Assembly: GCF_000008565.1 (NCBI RefSeq)
Contig: NC_001263.1
Coordinates: 1,027,360 to 1,059,359 of the forward strand
DNA length: 32,000 nucleotides
Source: Deinococcus radiodurans R1 = ATCC 13939 = DSM 20539
GTDB taxonomy: Bacteria; Deinococcota; Deinococci; Deinococcales; Deinococcaceae
Reading direction: 5' to 3'
The notes below the pieces were generated by a model. The model had not been told where the DNA came from and ran no database searches. It saw only the letters and a program-made list of their open reading frames with translations. Positions 1 to 12,720 of this stretch are shown here, piece by piece. A program made the position numbers and the translations under genes. Positions within the stretch are counted from its first letter, which is position 1. Every line of letters starts with the position of its first letter.

Positions 1-239
1 TCGGGCGCCGCAGGGCTGATGACCAGGGGAGAGGCAGCCAACCCTGAACGGACGGCGGGACTCAGCGCCGGGGCACCCTGAGTCTGTGGCAGCAGGCTGG
101 GCGCCGTGAGGCTTTGCACTGCTGAGCTCTGAGCCACCGCGCCCGCACCAGCGGCGATTCCCAGGCAGACACTCACGGCGCACCAGCGGGCCAGCCGCCG
201 GAAGTGGGGCTGCCAGTGGGACAGGGAAGCACGCGACAT
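1..239 (-). CDS. Hypothetical secreted protein, N-terminal fragment (gene continues past the left edge of the window)
   Basis: Not in the ORF track because there is no stop in the window. The reverse complement from ATG (239..237) reads MSRASLSHWQPHFRRLARWCAVSVCLGIAAGAGAVAQSSAVQS... and stays open to position 1. It has a basic N-region plus hydrophobic core (signal-peptide-like) and G/C-rich third codon positions. Divergent from mnmE. Confidence 0.4.
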   Translation of the reverse strand, partial: MSRASLSHWQPHFRRLARWCAVSVCLGIAAGAGAVAQSSAVQSLTAPSLLPQTQGAPALSPAVRSGLAASPLVISPAAP

Positions 240-337
240 GGCCTCAGAATAGCGGGCGGGCCGGCTCAAAATGAAATTTCTCACGTTTTGTTTTCGCTGA
301 CCCGGTTTTTTCTTTCTTGACCCGCTAGCATCGGCGG

Positions 338-1669
338 ATGACGTTTGCCCGCTCCTCGCGTTCCGGTCTGCAAGACACCATCGCCGCTGTCGCCACCGCG
401 CCGGGCAGCGCCGGGGTGGGCATCGTGCGGGTGAGCGGGCCACGCGCACTTGAGATTGCCGATGGGCTGTTCCGGGGCAAGCGGCGCCCGAGCGCGACTC
501 CGGGCGGGCGCTTTCTGTTCGGCGAGTTGCACGCGGACGAAGAACTGCTCGACGAGGGCCTGTGCCTGGTGTTTCGCGGCCCGCGCAGTTATACCGGCGA
601 GGACGTAGCCGAAGTGCAGACCCACGGCAGCCCGGCGGTGCTGAGTCGGGTGCTCGCGCGCACGCTCGACCTCGGTGCGCGGCTGGCGCGGCCCGGCGAG
701 TTCACCCTGCGGGCCTACCTCGCCGGACGGCTCGACCTCACGCAGGCCGAGGCGGTGCTGGGGCTGGTGGAGGCGAGCACCGAAACGGCCCGCCGCCAGA
801 GTGCGCTGGGCCTCAGCGGGGCGCTCAGCGAGCGGGTGGCGGGGGTGGCGCGGGCGCTGACCCGCACGCTGGCGGCGATTCAGGCGCTGCTCGACTACCC
901 TGAAGAAGGCGTGCCCGACGAGGACCGCGCCGCGCCGCTCCTGGGAGCGCAGTCGGCCCTCGAAGAGCTGCTCGCCAGTGCCCACGCCGGGCGCATCAGC
1001 ACGCGGGGGGCGCGGCTGGCACTCATCGGGCGGCCCAACGCGGGCAAAAGCAGCCTGCTCAATGCGCTGCTCGGCTATGAGCGCTCCATCGTGACGCCGC
1101 TGCCGGGCACCACCCGTGATTACCTCGAAGCGGGCCTGGAACTCGCGGGCGTGCCGGTCACGCTGGTGGACACGGCGGGCCTGCGCGAAACCGAGGACCT
1201 GATCGAGGCTGCCGGGGTGCGGCAGGCGGTGGCGCTGGCGGGCAACGCCGACCTGGTGCTCGTCCTCGAAGACGGCAGCCAGCCGCGTGAGCCACTGCCG
1301 ACCGAGCTGCCCCCCACGGCGACGGTGCTGCGCCTGCGGACCAAGGCCGATCTGCCTGCCGCTTGGACCGACCCCGCTGCCCTCGACGTGAGCGCCGTCA
1401 CGGGCGCCGGTCTGCCCGCGCTGCGCGAGGCCATCGGCGCCGCGCTGCTCGGCGACGCGACGCGGGGCGAGGCGTGGCTGACCACCGAGCGGCAAACCGA
1501 CACCGTGCGCCGGGCGCTGACCCACGTGCAGGCCGCCCGCACCCTCCCCGACGACCTCGCCGGGTACGAGCTGGAAGAAGCGCTGCACGCCCTGGCCGAG
1601 CTCACCGGTCAGGACGTGCAGGAAGATGTGGTGGACGCTGTGTTTCGCAACTTCTGCGTGGGCAAATGA
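338..1669 (+). CDS. mnmE: tRNA modification GTPase MnmE (TrmE)
   Basis: 443-aa ORF. N-terminal domain [21 protein letters not shown]-domain motifs [14 protein letters not shown] (G1), DTAG (G3) and TKAD (G4), and the family-typical C-terminal C-x-GK (ends FCVGK*). Confidence 0.95.
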
Positions 1670-1676
1670 TGCGGCC

Positions 1677-1841
1677 TCAAGCGCTCCGGCGCAGGCGGCG
1701 TTCCAGCCAGTTCAGGGCGCGGCGCACGCTGCGGCTTTCGCGGCGGTCATGAGCTTCCCATGAGGTCATGGCCTGCGGCTCGTGAAGGGCCTGTTCGCGC
1801 ATGAGGGCTTTGGTGGTGAGGTCGAGGTCAGACGAATACAT
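1677..1841 (-). CDS. Small hypothetical protein (54 aa), candidate leaderless gene
   Basis: Hand-translated and below the ORF-track size cutoff: MYSSDLDLTTKALMREQALHEPQAMTSWEAHDRRESRSVRRALNWLERRLRRSA*. Mostly G/C third positions. A TAAAAT hexamer (rc of 1848..1853) lies 6 nt upstream of the ATG. Convergent with mnmE, stops 7 nt apart. No recognisable family. Confidence 0.3.
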   Translation of the reverse strand: MYSSDLDLTTKALMREQALHEPQAMTSWEAHDRRESRSVRRALNWLERRLRRSA

Positions 1842-2092
1842 GTCTGTATTTTAGCGTGTTAGACGATATTTTTCCTGCCTCATCGCCTTCTGGTCACTTG
1901 CTATGTTCCCTAGTGAAAGGCCGGGCAATCGCCAGTCCTATACAGGTGCTCTGCATAACTCCTCACGCTTATACAGGGTTATGCTCCCCGCTACCTGTCA
2001 TTCGTAAACATCGGCATGAAGATTGCTGTCCTGTTTAACGGGACAGAGAGCGGGCGGCCCCTCGCCTCCCTGACCTGTCTACAATTCGCTCC

Positions 2093-2890
2093 ATGCCCGA
2101 TTCGCTGCCGCACGTCATCACCTCGCTGCAAAATCCTCAGGTCAAACGGCTGGTGCGCCTGCGGACGCGGCGCGAGCGCGAGCGCGACGGCGTGATGCTC
2201 ATCGAGGGCGCCCGTGAACTGATGCGGGCCGAGTCGGCGGGCGTGACGGTGCCCGAGCTGTTCGTCTGCCCCGAGCTGTTCAGCCCCGAGGCGCGCGAGC
2301 TGTTTCCCGAAGTGACGGGCGCGACGGAACTCAGCCGCGCCGCCTTCGAAAAAGTCAGCGGGCGCGAAAACCCAGACGGCGTGCTGGGCGTGGCTCCGCT
2401 GCCCGCACCGCGCCTACCCCAGCCAGGGGACGATACCGTGGTGGTTGTGCTGCACGGCCTGGAAAAACCCGGCAACGTGGGCGCCATCCTGCGGACCGCC
2501 GACGCTGCCGGGGCCGCCGGGGTGCTGGTGCTGGGGCGCGGTGCCGACCCCTACGGCCCCAACGTGATTCGGGCGAGTCAGGGCGCCGTGTTTAGCGTAC
2601 CCACGGCGGTGCTGGGCGAGGACGCGGCGCTCGGCTGGCTGGCGGAACACAACTTTCGCACCGTCGCCTGCACGCCCGACGCCCCCGCCGACTACTGGGA
2701 CACGCCGCTGACCGGGCGGGTGGCGCTGCTGCTCGGCACCGAGCACGCCGGGTTGCCCGCCGAGTGGCGCGCGGCTCATCAGGCGGTGCGGGTGCCGATG
2801 CACGGTCAGGCCGATTCGCTCAACGTGGCGACGGCGGCGGCGCTGGTGCTCTACGAGGCGTTGCGGCAACGGCGGCCTGCGGACGCTTGA
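2093..2890 (+). CDS. SpoU/TrmH-family RNA 2'-O-methyltransferase
   Basis: 265-aa ORF with the three SPOUT motifs: [28 protein letters not shown] and [27 protein letters not shown] (2080..2085) lies 7 nt before the ATG. Confidence 0.9.
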   Translation: MPDSLPHVITSLQNPQVKRLVRLRTRRERERDGVMLIEGARELMRAESAGVTVPELFVCPELFSPEARELFPEVTGATELSRAAFEKVSGRENPDGVLGVAPLPAPRLPQPGDDTVVVVLHGLEKPGNVGAILRTADAAGAAGVLVLGRGADPYGPNVIRASQGAVFSVPTAVLGEDAALGWLAEHNFRTVACTPDAPADYWDTPLTGRVALLLGTEHAGLPAEWRAAHQAVRVPMHGQADSLNVATAAALVLYEALRQRRPADA

Positions 2891-2959
2891 GCCTGGGTGC
2901 TGCCCCTGAGCGGGTTCCCCGAATAATTTACCTAGAGCATTTGACATCTGGTGCTGGTT

Positions 2960-3008
2960 GACCCTCTACCAAGGGGAGAGGGCCTGCCGAAGGCAGGGGT
3001 GAGGGGTC
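2960..3008. repeat. Nested palindromic intergenic element (REP/SNR-like candidate)
   Basis: The outer arms gaccctc (2960..2966) and gaggggtc (3001..3008) pair with one bulge. They enclose a perfect hairpin cctgcc-gaa-ggcagg (2983..2997) and ccctct/agaggg pairing. The G-rich string ggggagagggcctgccgaaggcaggggtgagggg is untranslatable-looking. Only one copy is seen in this window. Confidence 0.35.
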
Positions 3009-3092
3009 GTTATTCCGTTAAATGCCCCAGACAGTTCAGGTCCGCTGAACACTTCCCGGAGCCTCCCGCGCCCGGGTGCCATACTGCCCCTG

Positions 3093-4289
3093 ATGTCAGC
3101 TCCCTCCTCACCTGCGTCGCAAGACCCGTACCGCGACTGGCTCAGGACCCGTCTGGGCCGTGAATTCGGCGTGCGCGAAGCGGACCAACTGATTCAGGCG
3201 GCGGTGCAGCGCCGGGGTTGGCAGGCGGTGCGCGTGCTGGGGCCGCGTGACGTGGTGGCCGTGTTGCAAGACGTGTACCAGCGGATGCGCGACGAAAACG
3301 GCGAGAACCGCGCCGACCGCTGGCTTCAGGAAGCCTCGGTGGACCTCAACCGCCTTGCCGAGACGGTGCCGGTGCCGGTGGACACCCCCGAAGACGTGCT
3401 GCTGCGGCCCGCGCCGCGTCCCGTTGCGTGGGGCCGGCGCGCCCACGACCTGCCGCTGATGCTTGCGCGGGTGCACCACGAAATCGCCACCCGCAGCCTC
3501 GCCTCGATTCGCACCGACGCCGACCTCGCGCCGCTCGAACGCCTGCGCCGCGCCGCCGAGTGGGACGTGCAGGCGACCCAGGCCGAGGTCCGGCGCTGGG
3601 AAACCGAGGACATGCTCGCGCAGTTGCGCTCCCAGCACGCCCGCACCGAAGTGACCGATCAGGTCGCCTCGGCCCGCGCCCAGGTCGAACTGCTCGAACT
3701 GACGGTGCGCGAACTCGCCGCGCTGACCGGTGAACGCAGCTCCCCCGCCAAGCTGGCCCACAACCGCCTGATGCTCACGCAGACCCGCAGCTTTCTCGAC
3801 GCTTTTGCGCCGCTGGTCAACGAGCAGGAGGCCGATCAACCGCTCACCATGCTCGACATCGACCTGCGCCACGCTCGTTACTCGCTGGGGGTGCCGCTGC
3901 ATCCCAACGTGCTGCGCGCCCGCTACGGCCTGAACTACGCGCTGTGGCAGGCGGGCGAACTTGGCGAACGGGCAGTGCCGGTGCAAGAAGCCCAGCGCGC
4001 CCTCGCGCAGGCCGAGCAGGAAGCCGCCGCGCAGTTGCGAACCACCATCGAAGCGGCGCGCACCCACCAGAGCACCCTCAAACAGCTCGCCGCCCACGTC
4101 GAGGAACTTGAGGAGCGGGCGCTCAAGCTCAGCCGGGTGGGGGGCGATGACCTCTCGCTCGCGCGGGTGCGGCTGGAGTGGAGGCAGGCCCGCGCCGCCG
4201 CCCGCATTCAGGCCAACCGCCTCGAAGAAGCGGTGCAACTGCTCGAAGCCCTCGTCAGCGACTCGGCGGAAACGAGCACGCTCGGCTGA
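3093..4289 (+). CDS. Hypothetical protein, predominantly alpha-helical/coiled-coil, no recognisable family
   Basis: 398-aa ORF with good G/C third-position bias. Rich in E/R/A/L/Q heptad-like stretches (e.g. AQRALAQAEQEAAAQLRTTIEAARTHQSTLKQLAAHVEELEERALKL). CATACT (3080..3085) lies 7 nt before the ATG. The antisense 407-aa ORF is Arg/Gly/Pro-rich junk. Confidence 0.7.
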   Translation: MSAPSSPASQDPYRDWLRTRLGREFGVREADQLIQAAVQRRGWQAVRVLGPRDVVAVLQDVYQRMRDENGENRADRWLQEASVDLNRLAETVPVPVDTPEDVLLRPAPRPVAWGRRAHDLPLMLARVHHEIATRSLASIRTDADLAPLERLRRAAEWDVQATQAEVRRWETEDMLAQLRSQHARTEVTDQVASARAQVELLELTVRELAALTGERSSPAKLAHNRLMLTQTRSFLDAFAPLVNEQEADQPLTMLDIDLRHARYSLGVPLHPNVLRARYGLNYALWQAGELGERAVPVQEAQRALAQAEQEAAAQLRTTIEAARTHQSTLKQLAAHVEELEERALKLSRVGGDDLSLARVRLEWRQARAAARIQANRLEEAVQLLEALVSDSAETSTLG

Positions 4290-4374
4290 GGGGGTGAGGC
4301 GTATGGAGGCCAGAACTGTGCCCGTTTCCAAGTTGCCCAGCCCTTTCCTGTTCCTGAATGTTCGTCATCTGCCC

Positions 4375-4413
4375 CTTGCACATTTGTTCAAAGACTGTGA
4401 ACATATGTGCAAG
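4375..4413. promoter_or_regulatory. Long inverted repeat upstream of glpD (candidate operator)
   Basis: Left arm cttgcacatttgttca (4375..4390), 7-nt spacer aagactg, right arm tgaacatatgtgcaag (4398..4413). 15 of 16 positions are complementary. Centred 60 nt upstream of the glpD ATG. Confidence 0.5.
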
Positions 4414-4453
4414 ATAGCCAGGGTCCCTTCCTGACCCCTGGTGGAGGAGTGCC

Positions 4454-6022
4454 ATGACTCAAGGTTCTGTTGTCGATCCCCGTCCGGCCCAGGTGCGGGC
4501 CGCCCTCGCCCCCCAGGAATGGGACGTCATCGTCGTGGGGGGCGGCGCGTCCGGTCTGGGCAGCGCCGTCGAAGCGGCCACGCGCGGCCACAGCGTGCTG
4601 CTGCTCGAAGGTCACGACTACGCCAAGGGCACCAGCAGCCGCTCGACCAAGCTGGTGCATGGCGGCGTGCGTTACCTCGCCCAGGGCAACGTGTCGCTGG
4701 TGCGCGAGGCGCTGCACGAACGCGGCCTGCTGCGCAAGAACGCCCCGCACCTCGTGCGTGACCTCGGCTTCGTGGTGCCCGCCTACGACTGGTGGGCCGC
4801 GCCCTTCTACGGCATCGGCCTGAAGATGTACGACGTGCTGGCGGGCAAGCTCAACCTGGGCAGCTCGACTTACCTGGACCGCGACAAGGTGCTGTCGCGC
4901 GTCTCCACCTACAAGGAAAAGGGCCTGCGCGGCGGCATCCTCTACTTCGACGGTCAGTTCGACGACGCCCGCCTTGCCGTGACCCTGCTGCGCACCCTCG
5001 AAGATTTCGGCGGCGTGGCCCTGAACTACGCCCCGGTCATCGGCCTGATCAAGGACGGCGAACAGGTGCGCGGCGTGCGCTTCCGTGACGAGGAAAGTGG
5101 GCAGGAACACGAGGCCCGCGCCAAAATCGTGGTCAACGCGACCGGCGTGTGGGTGGACGACATCCGCCGCATGGAAGACCCCACCGTCAAGCCGATGCTC
5201 TCGCCGAGCCAGGGCGTGCACGTCGTCGTCGAGAAGAAGTTCCTGCCGGGCGACAGCGCCATCATGATTCCCCGCACCGACGACGGGCGCGTGCTGTTCG
5301 CGGTGCCCTGGCATGACCACGTGGTCATCGGCACCACCGACACCCCGGTGCCGCAGGCCGACTTCGAGCCGCACGCACTGGAAGAAGAAGTCGAGTTCAT
5401 CCTGCGCACCGCTGGGCGCTACATGGACCCCGCGCCTGGCCGCGCCGACGTGCTGAGCGTCTACGCCGGGCTGCGTCCGCTGGTCAAGAACGAGAAGTCC
5501 GACGGCGCCGGCTCCACGGCGGCCCTCTCGCGTGACCACGTCATTCGCATTTCCAAGGGCAACCTGATCACCCTGACCGGCGGCAAGTGGACCACCTACC
5601 GCCGCATGGGCGAAGACACCATCAACCGCGCCGAAAAACTCGGCGGGCTGCCCGAGCGCCTGACCATCACCCCCGGCCTGCACCTGCACGGCTGGAGCGA
5701 GGATGAGCGCCCTGACCACTGGAAGGTCTATGGCAACGACGCCGAGCGCGTGCAGCAGCTCCCCGGCGCCGACGCACAGCTCCACCCCGACCTGCCTTAT
5801 AGCGAGGCCGAACTGCGCTGGGCCGTGCGCCACGAAAGTGCCCGCACCGTCGAGGACGTGCTGGCCCGCCGCACCCGCTCGATCCTGCTCGGCGCCCGCG
5901 CCAGCATGGAAGCGGCCCCCCGCGCCGCCGCCATCCTCGCTGAGGAACTGGGCAAGGACGCCGCGTGGCAAGCGCAGCAGGTCGAAGCGTACCGGCAAGT
6001 CGCCAGCGGCTACGTGCTGTAA
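4454..6022 (+). CDS. glpD: FAD-dependent glycerol-3-phosphate dehydrogenase/oxidase
   Basis: 522-aa ORF. Dinucleotide fold DVIVVGGGASGLGSAVEAATRGHSVLLLE, GlpD-type body and C-terminal helical domain (SEAELRWAVRHESARTVEDVLARRTR). GGAGGA RBS at 4443..4448. Confidence 0.9.
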   Translation: MTQGSVVDPRPAQVRAALAPQEWDVIVVGGGASGLGSAVEAATRGHSVLLLEGHDYAKGTSSRSTKLVHGGVRYLAQGNVSLVREALHERGLLRKNAPHLVRDLGFVVPAYDWWAAPFYGIGLKMYDVLAGKLNLGSSTYLDRDKVLSRVSTYKEKGLRGGILYFDGQFDDARLAVTLLRTLEDFGGVALNYAPVIGLIKDGEQVRGVRFRDEESGQEHEARAKIVVNATGVWVDDIRRMEDPTVKPMLSPSQGVHVVVEKKFLPGDSAIMIPRTDDGRVLFAVPWHDHVVIGTTDTPVPQADFEPHALEEEVEFILRTAGRYMDPAPGRADVLSVYAGLRPLVKNEKSDGAGSTAALSRDHVIRISKGNLITLTGGKWTTYRRMGEDTINRAEKLGGLPERLTITPGLHLHGWSEDERPDHWKVYGNDAERVQQLPGADAQLHPDLPYSEAELRWAVRHESARTVEDVLARRTRSILLGARASMEAAPRAAAILAEELGKDAAWQAQQVEAYRQVASGYVL

Positions 6023-6030
6023 GCAAAAGA

Positions 6031-6076
6031 CAAAGCAGCAGGCGGACGCCCCGAAGAGTGTCCGCCTGCTGCTTTG
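6031..6076. terminator. Bidirectional intrinsic terminator between convergent glpD and ftsH
   Basis: Perfect 17-bp stem caaagcagcaggcggac (6031..6047) / gtccgcctgctgctttg (6060..6076) with a 12-nt loop. T-rich tracts follow the stem on both strands (tttggttg on +, tttgtcttttgc on -). Confidence 0.8.
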
Positions 6077-6081
6077 GTTGC

Positions 6082-8049
6082 TTAGGCCGGAGCCAGCGCG
6101 ACTTGTCCTACAGGAGGCAGCGGTTCCAGGCTGCCTCCTGCGAGCAGGGTGGCAAACTCCTCGCCGCTCAGCGTCTCACGCTGCATCAGGACCGTCACGA
6201 TCTGATGCACCTGCGGCAGATACTCGCGCAGCAGCGCCAGCACGCGGGCATAAGCGGCGTCGATCAGGGCGCGAACTTCCTCGTCCACCACCTGTGATGT
6301 GTGCTCGCTGGTCGGCAACGGCTGCGGCCCGCCGCCGAGGTAATTGCCCTCATCCGACGCCAGCGCCACCTTGCCGATGCGCCCGGACATCCCCCACTCG
6401 GTGACCATGCGCCGTGCGAGTCCTGTCGCCTGCTGAAAGTCGTTCTGGGCGCCCGTCGTCACCTCGCCGTAGACCACTTCCTCGGCGGCCCGCCCGGCGA
6501 GCGCCACCGCGATCATGTCCTCCAGCGCGGCGCGGGTGACGTGCAGTCGGTCGTCGGCATCGGGCAGCATGTACCCGGCGGCCCGGCCACGCGGCACCAC
6601 CGTCAACTTGGCCACCCGGTGGGCGTTGGGGAGCAGCTGAGCCGCGAGCGCGTGCCCAACCTCATGGTAGGCGGTGACTTTGCGGTCAGCCTCACGCACG
6701 ACCATGCTGCGGCGTTCTGGTCCCATCAGCACCCGGTCGCGCGCTTCGTCTACATCGCGCCCCGTAATGCGGTTGCGACCTTCACGGGCGGCCAGCAATG
6801 CCGCCTCATTCAGCAGGTTTTCGAGGTCGGCCCCCACCATTCCCGCCGTCCGACGGGCAATCACCCCGAGGTCCACCGACACGTCGAGCGGTTTCTTGCG
6901 CGAGTGAATCCGCAGAATCTGCTCCCGTCCTCGCACGTCCGGCGCGTCCACCACGACTTGTCGGTCAAATCGTCCGGGCCTGAGCAAGGCGGCATCCAGA
7001 ACATCAGGTCTGTTCGTCGCCGCAAGGATAATGACATCCTGCCCGCTCCCGAAGCCGTCCATTTCGACAAGCAATTGGTTGAGCGTCTGTTCGCGCTCGT
7101 CATTGCCACCTTGTATGTTCATACCGCGTTTGCGGCCCACCGCGTCAATTTCGTCAATGAAGACGATGCAAGGAGAAGATTTGCGGGCTTGCTCGAACAG
7201 GTCACGGACGCGGGCGGCACCGACCCCGACGAACATTTCCACGAAGTCGGAGCCGGAGATGGAGAAGTAGGGAACTTTGGCTTCCCCCGCGACAGCCTTC
7301 GCGAGCAAAGTTTTCCCCGACCCAGGCGGGCCCACCAAAAGAACCCCATGTGGAATCCGTGCCCCGAGTTGATGGTATTTCTCCGGCTGGCGGAGGAAGT
7401 CCACGACTTCTTGCAGGTCCTGCTTGGCCTCATCGCAGCCGGCCACGTCCGCGAAGGTGAGCTTAATTTGCCCCTCGCTGATAATCGCCGCTTTCGACTT
7501 GGCAAACGAGCTGGCGCCGCCTCCGCCGTTGCCTCTGAGCGAGCGCCACAGCACCGCCAGAATCAACGCGGTCAGCACCAGCGGGAGCGCTTGCCCCAGC
7601 CATGCGAAGCGCGAGCCGCCCGGCGTGACCTGCATGGTGACGCCGCTGCCGCGCAGCCGGGCCAGGGTGGCGGCGTCGGGCGGGAGCAGCAGCCAGCGCG
7701 GGTTGGGGCCGCCTGCCGGTTCTTTGAAAAAGACCTGGGTGTTGCCCGCACCGTCGAGTTTGACCCGCTCCACCTTGCCGGCTTGCAGGTCGGCGAAAAA
7801 GCGGTTGACGGTGTAGTTTTCCGGCATCAGCCGGGGGTTGCCTTTGTTCGGGGTCCAGGTCGGCGGCTGCGGGGCAGGCGTGGTCGGTGCGTTGGCGCTG
7901 GCCGTGACATGCGCTGTGGTCGCCGCCGCCGTGCCCTGCACCAGTACAGGCAGCGTCAGCAGATGCAGGGTCAGCAGGCCGGCTTTCCAGGAACCACTTC
8001 GGCTGCTCCAGCGTCCGGAGAAGCGGCGAACGGGGGCGCGGCGGGTCAT
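6082..8049 (-). CDS. ftsH: ATP-dependent zinc metalloprotease FtsH
   Basis: 655-aa ORF. Walker A GPPGSGKT, Walker [31 protein letters not shown], Zn site HEVGHAL, and N-terminal TM/periplasmic/TM architecture. TAGCAT (rc of 8056..8061) lies 6 nt upstream of the ATG. Confidence 0.95.
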   Translation of the reverse strand: MTRRAPVRRFSGRWSSRSGSWKAGLLTLHLLTLPVLVQGTAAATTAHVTASANAPTTPAPQPPTWTPNKGNPRLMPENYTVNRFFADLQAGKVERVKLDGAGNTQVFFKEPAGGPNPRWLLLPPDAATLARLRGSGVTMQVTPGGSRFAWLGQALPLVLTALILAVLWRSLRGNGGGGASSFAKSKAAIISEGQIKLTFADVAGCDEAKQDLQEVVDFLRQPEKYHQLGARIPHGVLLVGPPGSGKTLLAKAVAGEAKVPYFSISGSDFVEMFVGVGAARVRDLFEQARKSSPCIVFIDEIDAVGRKRGMNIQGGNDEREQTLNQLLVEMDGFGSGQDVIILAATNRPDVLDAALLRPGRFDRQVVVDAPDVRGREQILRIHSRKKPLDVSVDLGVIARRTAGMVGADLENLLNEAALLAAREGRNRITGRDVDEARDRVLMGPERRSMVVREADRKVTAYHEVGHALAAQLLPNAHRVAKLTVVPRGRAAGYMLPDADDRLHVTRAALEDMIAVALAGRAAEEVVYGEVTTGAQNDFQQATGLARRMVTEWGMSGRIGKVALASDEGNYLGGGPQPLPTSEHTSQVVDEEVRALIDAAYARVLALLREYLPQVHQIVTVLMQRETLSGEEFATLLAGGSLEPLPPVGQVALAPA

Positions 8050-8212
8050 GCGGCCATGCTAGCGCCGCGCCTGCCGGGCAAATGGGAAACAGGTCGGAGC
8101 ATCTGAGGGTCGCTGGCCCCAGCTCTGGCTGACGGGCAACTGACCGCTGCATGGCCGAACTGTGAAGTGAGTCTCCCTGTCGCGCTGCCCCCCCGCTGCC
8201 TACACTGCCTCT

Positions 8213-8716
8213 ATGCGTCCCACTCCTTTGTCGGCCCTGCTGCTCGGCGGCCTCGCTCTCGGTCTGAGTGCCTGCACCGTCACGGTGCGCCCCAACACCG
8301 GTCTGGCGGGCAGCTCCAACAACCTGATTTCGACCTTTATCCCCACCAAGGGCGAAGGTGCGGCCTACGCGGTCGGCGAAGCGGTGCAATTTCGTCTGAC
8401 CACCCGTGACGCCGGCTACGCGACCATCCTGGCGCTCAACCCCGACGGCTCGGTCAATATCCTGACCCGCAACGCCTACGTCGGCGCTGGGACCACCGTG
8501 TTCCCCCGTCCGCAAGACGGCGTGACCTACAACGTGGCGCCGCAGCGTGGGTTGCAAAAGGTCCGGGCCATTTTCCTGCGTGTGCGCCCGACGACCGACC
8601 TCGTGCTGAGCGGCGTCTACGACAATGGCCGCTGGAACACCGCGACCACTGAGTACCTGACCCCTTACGCCTACGCCGACCGCGACGTGCAGGAAACTTA
8701 CTTGTATATCCGCTGA
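8213..8716 (+). CDS. Lipoprotein, DUF4384-like
   Basis: 167-aa ORF. Lipobox signal MRPTPLSALLLGGLALGLSAC. The core YAVGEAVQFRLTTRDAGYATILALNPDGSVNILTRN resembles the DUF4384 pattern as I remember it. TACACT (8201..8206) lies 6 nt before the ATG. Confidence 0.7.
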   Translation: MRPTPLSALLLGGLALGLSACTVTVRPNTGLAGSSNNLISTFIPTKGEGAAYAVGEAVQFRLTTRDAGYATILALNPDGSVNILTRNAYVGAGTTVFPRPQDGVTYNVAPQRGLQKVRAIFLRVRPTTDLVLSGVYDNGRWNTATTEYLTPYAYADRDVQETYLYIR

Positions 8717-8739
8717 GCCGCGCCTGAGCGCTGCGCTGC

Positions 8740-8778
8740 CCCTGACCTCGCCGCTTGCCTGCGGGGTCAGGGCTTTTT
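8740..8778 (+). terminator. Candidate intrinsic terminator after the lipoprotein gene
   Basis: 8-bp stem ccctgacc (8740..8747) / ggtcaggg (8765..8772), 17-nt loop, followed by cttttt (8773..8778). Confidence 0.5.
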
Positions 8779-8817
8779 GATGCAGGCTTTCGCCTATGCT
8801 GAAAGGCAGGAGACACC

Positions 8818-12582
<3,765 letters not shown>

Positions 12583-12644
12583 GCCTTCAGTATCGGGCAG
12601 CCGCGCTGGGGGATGGGCCGGAAGTTCTACGCATTTGTCATCCA

Positions 12645-12698
12645 TGCAACCCGGTTGCAAAGGATGCAAGTTAAATCTAAACTTTGCATAAAGTTGCG
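12645..12698. promoter_or_regulatory. Divergent control region: TGCAA/TTGCA motif array overlapping a sigma70-like promoter
   Basis: + strand promoter TTGCAA (12655..12660), 17-nt spacer, TAAACT (12678..12683), then GGAGG RBS and ATG 12721. Perfect IR tgcaac-ccg-gttgca (12645..12659) covers the -35. The second IR atgcaa (12664..12669) / ttgcat (12684..12689) brackets the -10. A fifth degenerate copy ttgcg lies at 12694..12698. Confidence 0.5.
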
Positions 12699-12720
12699 CG
12701 CTCATTCTGGAGGTTGTCCC

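Noticed and set aside
281-1588. 435-aa minus-strand ORF antisense to mnmE. The same class includes 3108..4331(-), 4388..5998(-), 6301..8106(+), 7463..8830(-), 11326..12399(+), 13409..14251(-), 14302..15897(-), 15899..17404(-), 20143..21594(+), 22653..23843(+), 24151..25185(-), 25034..26239(-), 27192..28331(-) and 30527..31867(-).
   Set aside because: Each lies antisense or out of frame to a gene with unmistakable conserved motifs. Their translations are Arg/Gly/Ala/Pro/His-rich low-complexity strings with no motifs. Stop-free shadow frames of this length are expected at this G+C content.
1856-2038. 60-aa plus-strand ORF inside the AT-rich island
   Set aside because: A/T-rich third positions, Cys/His/Pro-rich composition, no RBS or promoter context, and codon usage unlike every confident gene in the window.
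2951-3163. 70-aa ORF covering the palindromic intergenic element and overlapping the 3093 gene start
   Set aside because: It reads straight through the nested hairpins (PLPRGEGLPKAGVRG is simply the translated palindrome) and overlaps the better-supported 398-aa gene out of frame.
8787-8805. ctttcgcctatgctgaaag upstream of the MazG-fusion gene as a second RDRM. It shares the TTTCGC left half with the mutS site.
   Set aside because: Only the outer 5 bp are complementary. The conserved C in the right half is off by one position relative to the 17-bp motif, and the interior does not pair. More likely it is just the TATGCT -10 region.
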